64,000 bases of DNA from Eledone cirrhosa. Taxonomy: Eukaryota. Below are positions 13,545-27,924 of this stretch, piece by piece. The stretch's first letter is position 1, and each line of letters opens with the position of its first letter. The position numbers and the translations under genes were made by a program. The stretch covers positions 19,282,001 to 19,346,000 of the forward strand of contig OZ024740.1 in assembly GCA_964016885.1 (NCBI GenBank). Reading direction: 5' to 3'. The notes under the pieces are model-generated. The model was not told the DNA's origin. It searched no databases and worked only from the letters and a program-made list of their open reading frames with translations.

Positions 13545-15445
13545 CAGGGTATATTTCAGGGGGACAGTCGCTCTGTGATATTGTTCATCTTGTCATTAAA
13601 CTTCTTGTCCTTTCTACTCAAGAAATGTGAGGGATACATCATTGGCTCACAGGAGGACAGAAATACGAACCTAACCCATAATTTATTTGTGGACGATCTG
13701 AAACTCTATGCCAAGAACATGGATGGGATGAAGAAAAATCTTGACCTGGTTACAACGTTCTCAAAGGATATAGGAATGGAGATTGGCCAAGATAAATGCT
13801 CATACATGACTGTAAAGCGGGGAAAAACAACAACCCAATCTAGCAACATTGTCATCAATGGCCTAACTGTTTCACCGATATCTGATGAGAACTGCTACAG
13901 ATACCTGGGGATAGATGAGAACATATCCTATAATGGTATCTGTAATAAAGAACGCGTAACCAGGGAATACTACACCCGATAAGAAAGATCTGGTTATCGG
14001 TACTCTCTGCGCAAAACAAGACAGTGTCTCACAATGTGTTTGCTGTGCCTGTCCTAACACCAACGTTTGCAATACTCGCGTGGTCGATAGACAAAATCCG
14101 AGCAATTGATGTTAGAACTCGAAAAATACTGAACAACACCGGAAACTTCCACATCAACAGTGACATAGACCGCCTCTAATTGAAACGTAAGCCGGGAGGC
14201 AGAGGCCTAACATCAGTCTTGACAGCATTTGAACGTCGCATCATATCTCTCCGACAACACTTACGAACCTCGAAGCGTAGGAGCCCTTATCTCGAGCAAG
14301 TCTATCTGCACGAGACAGATAACATCATGAGAATTAGAAAGGAACTCCTCGAGAGATATTCCCTGTGTGATAATCAAAAATTCACACCCAGGGAAGTCGC
14401 TCGGCAGTACCGCAGTGAATCCATGGATGAAAAACTGCATGCTTATCAACAAAAAATCATGCATGGATATGTTGCCAGGAAGCTCCAAAGTGAGAGTAAT
14501 ATAGATAAGGAAAGTAGTCTATCTTGGACCAACAACCGCTATATTGGTTCCCATTTTGAAGGATACGCTTTTGCAATCCAAGAACAAGAAATCAACACAA
14601 AATACCTGATTCACAAAAGAGAGAGGGATGCAGGCAAAACACCTAGATGTGATAACAAGTGCAGACTGCAGAATTGACATCGAAGATGTCACCCATGTCA
14701 TAAACAGCTGTCCAAAGATGTCATCGCGGTACTATCTACCTATGAGGCATGATGTAGTGGCCAAAACACTGTACAATGCAATCTGTAGAAAAGATAGACC
14801 CGATAATAAACACATTAAAAGCTACAACAATGTGGAAGACATCCATGTACATAATATGAAATAGTACTGGTGGAATGTTCCAGTAAAAACCCCAATAAAA
14901 TGCAGACATAACAGACCAGATATTATGATATGGGACAGAGAGAAGAAAGCATGCACAGTAGTGGAAATTAGCTGCCCAGCAGATGCCAATATAATATCAA
15001 AGATTAGTGAAAAGGAGAATATTTATGCAGAACTAATGAGAAATCTGCAGATACTCCACCCTGATTACACCTTCAGGTTTATGTCTGTGATTATTGGGGC
15101 ACTGGGGTATGTTAGTAACTGCCTCAATACAAATCCTGAGAAGCTAGGCTTCACAGAAACAGAAAGAACACAACTAGTTAGGAAATTAAAAATACAATCC
15201 ATTAATGGAACATTAAAAATATGTAAAACATTCCAAAAATGTTGCATCTAATAACTGCATATACACATGTACAGATACAAAGCGTATACACATGCACACA
15301 TACAACTCAAAACATACACATCCACACATACAATAACATCCATACCTGCACATGCATGCATACATACATATCTACCTAGTTGATGTTGTGTAAATTCCAA
15401 TGAGAGAGTCTTGTGTCTATGTTAGAAACCGACTCTCTCTCTCTT
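13545..15445 (+). mobile_element. R4/Dong-like non-LTR retrotransposon, 5'-truncated (RT C-terminal half, CCHC, RLE)
   Basis: GIFQGD, FVDDLKLYA, RHDVVAK, RPD..WD..VVEISCP; close copy of 23514-25410. Confidence 0.88.
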
Positions 15446-15450
15446 TCTCT

Positions 15451-18210
15451 GGCTCAGTCGCAGACTGCACCAGGTTGCGGCTGCAGGAAGCGTCGGTGCA
15501 AGTGGCATCCCAGACGAGGAATTTTTGCCACCGCGGAGCGGGAAGATGGTCATGCCATCTGGCCTTTTGCCGTACCCTCGATCGAGCCCCACTAGCTCGA
15601 GCTGGGAAGGGAAGCATGCAGCGTCCAAGCAATGCTTAATGACCTCGTTGAGGGCAGCATGGCGTGGAATGAGGCCGGCACTGTGACGACAGGAAAGCGG
15701 GTGGAAGCCGAAAGAGTCCACGGTGGAACCGCAGCGACATTGGTGTGGCTGGCAGATCCGGAGGCCGAACCTCAGGGAAACGCGGATGTGCAGGCTATGG
15801 TTGTCTAGCTGCGTGCCAGTGGAGAAGGAGAGCAGGGTATGGAGCCAGGCACCACTGTGGGGTTTGGAGGCCGCACGAAAACAAGCAAGCCGGTGCAGGT
15901 CGAGCTGGCGCGTGAGCTTGTCTGAGGCTAGGCTGCACTGGATGGCATCCCAAGTGCGTTGGGGGGAGTTGACATCAACAGGAGGAGAAGGAGGAGGGAT
16001 GTCTACTGGACTAAGTCCCAGCCGGTCCCACATCTCACAGGCGGCCTCACGTTCTCTGAACACAGAGGGTTCTGTTGTGTTAGGAAGAACCCTGCTGCCG
16101 AGCAAGCGGCACGAGGTTACCGACGAAAGATACGCCGGCAGAGCTAGTGAGATCGGGGACCGGAGGCCAAGGCCGCCATACCTGACAGGTAAAGTGGCCT
16201 GTTGCCGCCCTATATCTTCAAACTTGACGTTGCATATCTCCTCAGCTGCTGCTCGGATGCAAGTATCGAGGTCAGCGAGGAGAGATGTCTGGGTATAGAG
16301 CGGAGCGCTGCGGAGGGTATAGAGGAGCTTCGGCATGGCGAAGCAGTTCCTCGGCAGAAAGTGAGCTGGGTGGGCGTCAATCAAGCCCAGTCGGCTCGTG
16401 TGTGTCTGGAGTTGCTGAAGCCTGAACCTGATGGTGAAGCTGATAGCCGGCGGGTGGATCGGTGACTCTGGTGGAGAATGGACCGCACGTCCAAGACGGA
16501 GGCTGCAAAGCTCGCAGCATCGAGGCTGACATTCACCACCCCCGACTTGGCCGAGTTGACCTGGAGGCCGATTCCTGCCAGGGCAGGAACCACCGATTGA
16601 AGGTCATGGCAGACCGGCCGTACGGGCCCGCCCAACGTAGTATCATCCAGATATCAAACGTTGAGAGGGGTCGTGATACTCCGGGTGATGTGGTCAATAC
16701 CAAGGGCGAACACGAGGGGTCACAAAGGGTCGCCCTGTTAGACCCCAGTAGCAGAGGGTATGACCGAATCTGCAGCAAGAAGCATGCTCAGGACTCCATA
16801 CGACAGGTAGGCCAGCGGGTAGGCAGAGGGGGCTCGGCTGACGCAAGCCTCGAGCAGATGATCCCGCCGTAAAGAGTTGAAGGCATTCCTCATGTCAAGC
16901 TTGACAATGAGATACCCGGAGTCCTTCGATGCCGGTTCCGATGGGCAGCTGTTGAAGAACTGCCTAGTTGCATGAGCGGCCCCTTCACAGCCACCGGACA
17001 CGCCGACACCCAGTTTCACCGGACTAAACTCCTCACCCAGTTCGTGTGTTATGGACTTGCAGATCACCTTGGCAGCCAGCCTCCGGAAGACATTGCCCAC
17101 AGCAATGGGCCGAATGCCACCCTCTTTCTTCCTGAGAGCAGTGAGGCTGGCCGAAAAAAGAGGCCTCGGGCGTAAGGGTCCAGGGCGCCATGGATGAGCC
17201 TATTGGTCAGCGCCACAATTGCATTCAGAAGGCGGCGCCCGGAGTCAGCGGAGAGGGGGGATATCAACTCCTTGAGGTGGCCTGGTCGGAGACCATCAAC
17301 ACCTCCGCAGCTGCTAGCTGGGAAGGACCTGATGGCGGACATGATGTCTGCATCAGAAGCCACAAGGAGCAAGTGGGGGTCGGGTCAGAGTATGGGTCTG
17401 AGATCAGTGGGTGGCTCAGGGTGTTTGAGTCGGTGGGTTGGGGGACAGTGTCCTCTGAGGCAACAACTCTGACTGCGGCCGAGACATCACTCATGATAAG
17501 CTTGGCGTTTACCTGGTCACGCAAACGCTTGGCGCTGGCCTCGGGAGTGGAGGATAGGGGGTACCTGAGGGTGGGGTGTGTGGCGTCTCTGGGCACGCTT
17601 GGAATGGGAGCTCGCCCAAAGGACGAGACATTGGCCTTGACGAAGGCTGCTGTTGACCGGCCGCCCCGGTCAGCGCCAGAGCTGGGGAGGCCGAGGGCGA
17701 GTGGGATGAAATAGAACAGCCGCTCCCAGTCACTGGCTCGATTGGAGTCCAGGGCGCTCTCAATCGAGGAAGCGAGGGCATCGGCTACCGGCACCCGTGC
17801 CACTCTCGCGATCCTGGGTGGGATCTTCCGGAGCTGCCTGAGCCGAGCGATGTTGACCAGCAAGGCTCGGGCATCAGGCAAGCTCGCTGTCCCATCTGGT
17901 GGTGTGCCAGACAGGCCTACGCTGGGAAGATGTGGGGGAAGAGGCAGCTCTTACACCTCCATGCTGCGAGGGCATTAGAAGCTCGACGAGTCAAGCCAAC
18001 GCAGGTGAGGTGGTGGAAGCAGCCGCACCCCAAACAGTTCTGGCCCCTCTTCCGTCTGTTAGTGGTGCTGCAAGTGCTGCAAATGTCGACTTGGAGGGAT
18101 GGGGGATAGGGCGTGAGGCCGGGGACTGGGGCACCGAGCGGCATCAGCGGTGGGTGGCTGGCGTGTGTGGGTGGAAGGGAAAGTGCTGGTAGGAGGGCCT
18201 CATAGCTCAC
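15451..18210 (-). mobile_element. CRE-clade-like non-LTR retrotransposon (PHD finger, RT, CCHC-like motif, RLE), frameshifted, GC-rich
   Basis: KLDMRNAFNSLRR, QATLPVRYGGLGLRS, CRCG..HPLSC, RHAALN, KRPDG, VWDATC; N-terminal C4HC3 in ORF 17917-18210. Confidence 0.85.
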
Positions 18211-18991
18211 CTATATATATATAGGTGTCAGAAAACAAGAGAGAAAAGAAGGGGCTGCATGGAGAGGGACACACTGGAAGGTAGAATGTTAATAGCATGC
18301 ACACGTGCGAGCAACTTAGCAGTTTGTCATAGGACCTTGTGGCTGGAGGTGAGTCACTGATGCTGGGGTTGGCTTCCTCTTGTTAATGGTGAAGATATCG
18401 AGCGCAATACAAAATCCACCAGCAGACAATTATATAAAAAAAAGTATATAGAAATAAAAGTTAACAATTCTGTCTGGGATATAAATATTTGTTTCACATT
18501 TTCGCAAACAACGTAACGATATTCTCAATGGACGCGCTTACAATATTTGAATATAACTATTTAATTTGAAAAGTGGAGCAAAGTAAAAGGAGAATAGTGA
18601 ATTTGGAGTGTGTTTTTCTTGTGTTTTTCTTCTTTTTTTTTTTTATACCGGACTTACAGTTTTCCAGGATTTATAAACTCATTTTTCTTTTTTTTCCTTC
18701 AAAAGGATGGAGGCGTTTTATCTCCTCATGAAACTGACATTACTTAATGATGTTCGTCATCTATGGCTTATTCATATGTATAATGCACTGGGTAATTGCT
18801 GGCCTTGTGCCTAAAGTAGAAACAATTATTTCATAACTCTATAGAACGTTTAGAATGTTTGTGCAGTGTTCTGTGTCCAGCCAGGTTTGTACAACAGGTA
18901 AGAAAAATGATGATTTGGTGACGGTTTCTTCTGATAGGAGCCTCTTCCACGTCGGAAGATCGAGGTGTGTTTTCTTGTCTTCTTCAATACT

Positions 18992-19548
<557 letters not shown>

Positions 19549-19713
19549 TTATATACGTACATACATATACACATACACTCACACACTTACACACATACAT
19601 ACATACATACATACACTCACACATACATACATACACACACACACACACATATATAGTCACACACATACATACATACATACACACACACATAAATATACAC
19701 ACATACATATATA

Positions 19714-20322
19714 CATGGTGGCTGCCAACTCGTTTTCGAGTACGGTTACTACATTATATCCATCTAGGAGAACCCTTACCGATGCGCTGAACGAGTGTGA
19801 CTTTTTAGTCTAACCAGCGACTTGAAAACTCTGGTACAAACACTACACCTGTGACAATTATTGACACATAGTGCTGGGCGCATGGTACCATGTGACGACA
19901 AGTGCAGAAAGATCTCCAGATATAAAGCAATGCCTGTGCCGTGAAGCTTTTATAGTGAGCAAAGGCACTGCACAAAGCCAGTCCCACTCTCTTAACTAAG
20001 ATGATATTTACCAAAAAGAAGAACAAGTCAACATCATTGGATACCATCAGAGTTGCAGGTGTTATATCAGAGTTTTCCTTCTCCTAGAATTCTGCCTTGA
20101 CAAAGGCTAAGGGGTCATCTCTCCCGGTTATTTTGGATGGCCATTGACTCTTAAGAGCTCCTTTGCCCTTTGACAGGTTTTGTTTTTAGTCCTACAGGAT
20201 GTCCAAAGTCACCCTCCTCACCAAGAAACCTAGTGGGGGTTGCCAGTTTAGTCGCCAACGACCCGACCATGAGACAGGTTGTACTGGGATACATGTTACC
20301 AGTAACATCAACTGGTGACCTG
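19714..20322 (-). mobile_element. Family A retroposon, full length (~610 bp)
   Basis: Reverse complement of 27925-28518. Confidence 0.9.
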
Positions 20323-20411
20323 ACATACATACATACATACATACATACATACATACATACATACATACATACATACATACATACATACATACATACATAC
20401 ATACATACATA

Positions 20412-21020
20412 CATGGTGGCTGCCAACTCGTTTTCGAGTACGGCCACTACTTTATATCCATGTAGGAGAACCCCTACTGATGCGCTAAACGAGTGTGACT
20501 TTTCAGTCCAGCCAGCGACTTGAAAACTCGGGTACAAACACTACACTTGTGACAATTATTGACACATAGTGCTGGGCCCATGGTACCATGTCACGACAAG
20601 TGCAGAGAGATCTCCAGATATAAAGCAATGCCTGTGCTGTGAAGCTTTTATAGTGAGCAAAGGCACTGCACAAAGCCAGTCCCACTCTCTTAACCAAGAT
20701 GATATTTACCAAAAAGAAGAACAAGTCAACATCATTGGAAACCATCAGGGTTGCAGGTGTTATATCAGAGTTTTCCTTCTCCTAGAATTCTGCCTTGACA
20801 AAGGCTAAGGGGTCATCTCTCCCGGTGATTTTGGATGGCCATTGACTCTTAAGAGCTCCTTTGCCCTTTGACAGGTTTTGTTTTTAGTCCTGCAGGATGT
20901 CCAAAGTCACCCTCCTCACCAAGCAACCTTGGTGGGGTTGCCAGTTTAGTCGCCAACGACCCGACCATGAGACAGGTTGTACTGGGATACATGTTACCAG
21001 TAGCACCAAGTGGTGACCTG
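20412..21020 (-). mobile_element. Family A retroposon, full length, head-to-tail with the previous copy through a (ATGT)n tail
   Basis: Near-identical to 19714-20322. Confidence 0.9.
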
Positions 21021-21126
21021 ACATATATACATACATACATACATACATACATACATACATACATACATACATACATACATACATACATACATACATACAT
21101 ACATACATACATACATACATACATAC

Positions 21127-24100
21127 AGTCAATGCGATCAGTCGCATATTTTGACGTGGGAGACTATTAAATTTAAGATGAATACTATCTCCGACAGTAA
21201 TGCCACAACTACAGTCAGGTTGAATAACTGGTTATTCTTCTAACTATCCCTTCTGAAGACCCCTTTTATTCGAATTCGTAGAGATATCTGATTAAATACA
21301 TAAATAATTTTACAAGGAATTGCTATGAACAGCATGGCTGAACACAAAATCACAAAAAAATTAAGGAAGTATCGAAGACAAATAACAAAGAAGGTAATCA
21401 AACTTTATTCAGTTGTAGCTACAGAAGAAACCGAAATTATAAATCGCATTTCTCTTGGAGTTGCGAACTTAATAATGATTTATTTAATTGTTATAAAATG
21501 GCAAAAAACAATCCCTCCATTGGCTATATGAATAGAATGAAGCCACACTGGGACGAAATGCACCCAGAGCTAAATTATTTCACAGCGAAACAATTACGCC
21601 AACAAGCGACGTTTGTTGAACGTAAAAATAAGATAAATATTATTAATTGTAAGTCCCCCACAACAAACATGGAATCAACAACACGTGCTACAGATCGCCA
21701 TGCTACTAGACTTCCTAGCAGCCAGGTCGAACAGCGTCTTGAAACAACTATGCCTGTAAGAAACTTGACACCACCTGTACCATCTAAGTCTACCTCGAAT
21801 GCTGGGGGAAACACTATCGATAATAATAATAATCAAAGAAATAATAATAATAATCGAATGTATGCCATCCGAGTCTACCTCGACTGTTGTGGAAAATACT
21901 ATCGATAATTGTTTCTACTTTAGGCACAAGGCCAGCAATTACCCAGTGCATTACTGGTACTTTATTTTATCGACCCCGTAAGGATGAAAGGCAAAGTCAA
22001 CCTCGGCGGGATTTGAACTCAGATCGTAAAGGGACGTAACTATGCTGGAAAGCATGGCGTCCGACCCTCTACCGATACTGCCAATCCACCACCAATACAT
22101 TTAGTTGTGTCCTCATACTATCGATAATGATAATCAAAAGTATAAACAATTGAAAATTTCCCTCAACGAAATCTTCCAGAGAAAAATTAACTCATGTATA
22201 AATATCTCTCTTGCTGAACGTGTTAAAACGACAATGGTGAATAAAAAACCAAATAATGAAATATTACGTGTTATTGACGAAATAGGGGATGAATATTTAC
22301 GACGGAGAAAAAACCCAACATTTTGGCAAATCAACGCCTGTTTATATGCCTTAGCAATGACAGTGAAGCATTATCTTGGTGATAGCAGAGATATTAACAA
22401 GAACAAAACACCAACAAAAATATCATCATATATAACTAAAATAGAAAAAAAGAGTGCTGACATACGATAAAACATAGGAAATGTGACAATGCTCCTTACA
22501 TGCAAACAAACACAAAAAACCTCACTCCTCGCCAACAAAGAGTGAAAAATAAAATAGAGACGATGTTTGGTAACAGTAGAACCAGAACTCTCCAATATAA
22601 GCTGATCACCCTCAAACAAGAATTGAGAGCTGTTAGCGAAAAACGCCGATACCTGGAGAAGGTAGATGAGAGAAAAATGCTTAATAAAAGATTCAGACGA
22701 AACCAAACATCAGTCTATAGAGATATGAAGGGCAAAATAATAAGTGTCACTGAGGCCCCATCCCAGAAAGACATAGATTCCTTTTGGAGAAAAATATGGG
22801 GTGAAAAGAAGAATTTTAACCAAGATGCAGTGTGGCTAAGAGAAATCCGAAAGAACTATTGCTCCTACACTACAACAAAAACATACGAAATAAGTGAGGG
22901 TACCCTTGAGACTGTGATAGGAAAACTCCAAGATAAGAAAACATCAGGAAGAGACATGATTGTCGGCTACTGGTACAAAAAACTAATATTCTATCGGAGG
23001 TATCTTACTGACCTCTACCGACAAGTTCTTAGGGGAGATACACTTATACCAGAATGGTTGACATTAGCACAAACGTTACTGGTCCCCAAGAACAAAGACA
23101 CCCACTTGGCAAAAAACTACCGACCCATTGCATGCCAGAACCTGATGTATAAGATGTATACAGCCTGCCTGAACCTATTCCTCCAAGATCACTGTGAAAA
23201 TAATAACATCATCACATATGAACAAGCAGCTGGAAAGAAAAAGGTTTGGGGATGCGCTGAACAACTCCTAATCAACAAAACTGCGATGTCGGAGGTGCGA
23301 CAACTTAGGAGGAATATGACTACAGTCTGGCTGGACTACAGGAAAGCTTTCGATTCTGTTCCCCACTCTTGGATGATAGAGGCCCTCCAACTTGCTAAAG
23401 TCCCAGACATTATTGTCAGAGCCATAGAGAGGCTGTCTTCTTCTTGGGCTACTATCCTAAGGTTAAAGACAGAGAGGGAGGACTCTATTTTCACTGATAA
23501 AATAAAATATTGCAGGGGTATATTTCAGGGGGACAGTCTCTCTGTGATATTGTTCATCTTGTCATTAAACCCCTTGTCCTTTCTGCTCAAGAAATGTGAG
23601 GGATACATCATTGGCTCACGGGAGGACAGAAATACGAACCTAACCCATAACTTCTTTGTGGACGATCTGAAACTCTATGCCATGAACATGGATGGGATGA
23701 AGAAAAATCTTGACCTGGTTACAACGTTCTCAAAGGATATAGGAATGGAGTTTGGCCAAGATAAATGCTCATACATGACTGTAAAGCGGGGAAAAACAAC
23801 AACCCAATCTAGCAACATTGTCATCAATGGTCTAACTGTTTCACCGATATCTGATGAGGACTGCTACAGATACCTGGGGATAGATGAGAACATATCCTAT
23901 AATGGTATCTGTAATAAAGAACGCGTAACCAGGGAATACTACACCCGATTAAGAAAGATCTGGTCAACAGAACTCTCTGCGCAAAACAAAACAGTGGCTC
24001 ACAATGTGTTTGCTGTGCCTGTCCTAACACCAACGTTTGGAATACTCAATTGGACGATAGACGAAATCCGAGCAGTTGATGTTGGAACTTGAAAAATACT

Positions 24101-25460
24101 GAACAACACCGGAAACTTCCACATCAACAGTGACATAGACCGCCTTTACTTGAAACGTAAGCAGAGAGGCAGAGGCCTAACATCAGTCCAGACAACATTT
24201 GAATGTCGCATCATATCTCTCCGACAACATCTACGAACCTCGAAGCGTAGGAGCCCGCTTCTTGAGCAAGTCTATCTGCATGAAACAGATAAGATCATGA
24301 GAGTTGGGAAGGAACTCCTTGAGAGATATTCCTTGTGTGATAATCAAAAACTCACACCCAGGGATGTCGCTCAGCAGTATCGCAGTGAATCCATGGATGA
24401 AAAACTGCATGCCTATCAGCAAAATATCATGCATGGATATGTTGCCAGGAAGCTCCAGAGTGAGAGTAATATAGATAAGGAAAGTAGTCTATCTTGGACC
24501 AACAACCTCTATATTGGCTCCCACTTTTAAGGATACGCTTTTGCAATCCAAGAACAGGAGATTAACACGAAATACCTGATTCATAAAAGAGATAGGGATG
24601 TAGCCAAAACACCTAGATGTGATAACAAGTGCAGACTCTACAGAACTAACATCGAGGATATCACCCATGTCATCAGCAGCTGTCCAAAGATGTCATCGCG
24701 GTACTATCTACCTATGAGGCATGATGTAGTGGCCAAAACACTGTACAATGCAGTTCGTAAAAAAGATAGCCCCGATAATAAACACATTAAAAGCTACAAC
24801 AATGTGGAAGACATCCATGTACATAATATGAAAGAGTACTGGTGGAACGTTCCAGTAAAAAACCCAATAAAATGCAGGCATAACAGACCAGATATTATGA
24901 AATGGGACAGGGAGAAGAAAACATGCACAGTAGTGGAAATTAGCTGCCCAGCAGATGCCAATATAATATCAAAGATTAGTGAAAACGAGAATATTTATGC
25001 AGAACTGATGAGAAATCTGCAGATACTCCACACTGATTACACCTTCAGATTTATGCCTGTGATTATTGGGGCACTGGGATATCTTAGTAACTGCCTCAAT
25101 ACAAATCTTGAGAAGCTAGGCTTCACAGGAACAGAAAGAACACAACTAGTTAGGAAACTACAAGTACAATCCATTAATGGAACAGTAAAAATATGTAAAA
25201 CGTTCCAAACATTTTGCATCTAATAACTGCATTTACACATGTACAGATACAAAGCATATACACATGCACACATACAACTCAAAACATACACATCCACACA
25301 TACAAAAACATCCATATCTACACATGCATACATACATATCTACCTAGATGATGTTGTGTAAATTCCAATGAGAGAGTCTTGTGTCTATGTTAGAAACCGA
25401 CTCTCTCTCTATTGGTAAAATTTTGTGAAATTATAAAACCACAAGAACATACATACATAC
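21127..25460 (+). mobile_element. Near full-length R4/Dong-like RLE LINE flanked by (CATA)n
   Basis: 530-aa RT ORF 22500-24092 (NYRPIAC, WLDYRKAFDSVPH, GIFQGD, FVDD); CCHC-like motif and PD-(D/E)xK RLE region 24620-25223; several stops; 5' boundary approximate. Confidence 0.9.
21907..22092 (-). mobile_element. tRNA-derived SINE of the octopus type, nested in the LINE
   Basis: Minus strand: A-box-like TGGCAGTATCGG, B-box GAGTTCAAATCC, then GCCGAGGTTGACTTTGCCTTTCATCC; fragments also at 18785-18830 and 46270-46372. Confidence 0.8.
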
Positions 25461-25859
25461 TTATGAGCACTCACAGCTATTTCATTTTACCCTACTTTCT
25501 TTTTATTCTTATTACAAGCATATAATTTTCTGACCTAAAACATACGAAGTGTTTTATAAACGATTATGACGTCAGCCGTCTGACGTATGTGATGTGTACG
25601 GCTGTGTGGTTGTGCGCTTGTGTGTGTATGTTTGAGCATGGATGTGTATGTTTGTGCATATGTGTATTAATGTGTTTGCTCCTACTTGCTGAAGCAGGTC
25701 TAGCTCGACAAATTGAATTACTCAATTTGAAATATATATGTCTATGTAAAATAAAAACGAATAAGAAGAAATACAACGACGGAAGCGACGCCTTTCTTAC
25801 AAGCGTTCGCCCCCTTGTGGTGCCTCTGGAAACGACAATTAGCCTCTAGGGGTTCTGAG

Positions 25860-26365
25860 ATCACATGATGAATTAAAGTGCTCCTTTGAGGCAAGGCCTC
25901 TGAGAAGGCTGAAATCCGGCACGAAATGCTAAAAGCCTTCAGTAGAGAAGATATTCTCTGTGCAGGGTGGTCTGGATCTGTGTAAAGACAATAGCAATCG
26001 GAAGTGATAACAAACTTTTCAAAAACGGAGAAAAGAGCGATGGTCCCAATTATAGAGGGATCTCTTTGCTAAGCCTTCCCTGTAAAACCTATGTTAAGTA
26101 TCTGTCAAAGGGACATAGGAATGTTGTCTAGTTCAAGCTAACTGATGAACAGTGTGGTGGTTTTCGCCCCTGATGCAGTTCAGCCGACTAAATATTTACA
26201 CTGCGGCAGGTCTATAAGAAATCGTGGAAGTATTGCCAAGAGGTGTATGCTTGTTTCGTAGACATCAAAAAGGCATACGACTGCGTTCCTAGGGATCTGT
26301 TGTGGAAGGTTCTGCAGAAGTATGGGATCGATGGACAGCTTCTAACACAAGAAATCAGTGCCGCA
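25860..26365 (+). mobile_element. Decayed RTE (BovB/Expander-like) RT fragment
   Basis: NYRGISLLSLP, CFVDIKKAYDCVPRDLLWKVLQKYGIDG. Confidence 0.75.
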
Positions 26366-26382
26366 AATGTATACATGCATAC

Positions 26383-26776
<394 letters not shown>

Positions 26777-27241
26777 ACACACACACATACATACATACAT
26801 ACATACATACATACATACATACATACATACATACATACATACATACATACATACACACACACATGATGACTGCAACTCGATTTCGAGTAATGCCATCGCT
26901 TGATTCTTAAGCATGAGCATCACAGACGTGGCTTGTTAGCCCTGCTAAGGTCTTGCTTGTGGCCAGCAATACCATACATCGCAACAAATGTCACATATCC
27001 AGCGATGCCTGTGCTTGAAGCTTTTTTAAGTGGAAAAATCCCATTCTCTGAATATCCAATGCATTTGCCGAAAAAGAAGAACTGGTTTAGTAATTGTGAG
27101 GTTTCACCAGTTTATCACAGGGTCATCAGACAAGATCTTAATGACCCTGTGATAAACAGTCGAAAATCCTGCGTAACAAGACTCACTATTTAGCCTTAAT
27201 AAAATGAATACACACACACACACGCTCGCGCACATACATAT

Positions 27242-27280
<39 letters not shown>

Positions 27281-27281
<1 letters not shown>

Positions 27282-27741
27282 TTCGTTTCTGAATTTGTTT
27301 AGCAAGATTCTTTATCTGAAAACGTGTGTTGAAACCGATATTGTTATACTTTGGGAGGGTCATGTTGCCAATAAGAAACACACGCACCAGTTGCTTTCAC
27401 TTCAATTTATTATAATAAATTTATAAATTTAGGAATTTATAAATTTCTGGTTGATTGGTTGGTTCCACAACCAGATGATTGTTTATATATTGTCAAAGTT
27501 CTTTCGTCACGCATTCTGTGACCTCTTCAGTGACTGGGGATTCTTTTTTTTTTTTGTTTTCTCCAACCAACCAACCGGAAATTTATAAATTCCTAAATTT
27601 ATAAATTTATTATAATAAATTGAAGTGAAAGCAACTGGTGCGTGTGTTTCTTATTGGCAACATGACCCTCCCAAAGTATAACAATATCGGTTTCAACACA
27701 CGATTTCAGATAAAGAATCTTGCTAAACAAATTCAGAAACG

Positions 27742-27793
<52 letters not shown>

Positions 27794-27830
27794 ATGCTTT
27801 GGGAGGGTCATGTTGCCAGATTCAGAAACG
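27281..27830. mobile_element. Fold-back of Penelope pLTR pieces; minus-strand hammerhead at 27492-27534
   Basis: 27281-27465 is inverted at 27563-27745; minus strand GTCA-CTGAAGA-G-GTCAC..GTGAC-GAAA-GAAC-TT-TGAC; same family as 10024-10290. Confidence 0.8.
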
Positions 27831-27832
27831 AA

Positions 27833-27882
<50 letters not shown>

Positions 27883-27890
27883 TCTGTATA

Positions 27891-27923
<33 letters not shown>

Positions 27924-27924
27924 C

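Noticed and set aside
20868-21020. HDV-like ribozyme in the family A head (GGTCACC/GGTGACT pairing, hairpin followed by CTAA)
   Set aside because: I could not build the nested P1/P2/P3/P1.1 pseudoknot, and the pairing is not kept in family B; retained only as a structured head.
22020-22092. tRNA gene
   Set aside because: The A/B boxes belong to a SINE head; no cloverleaf.
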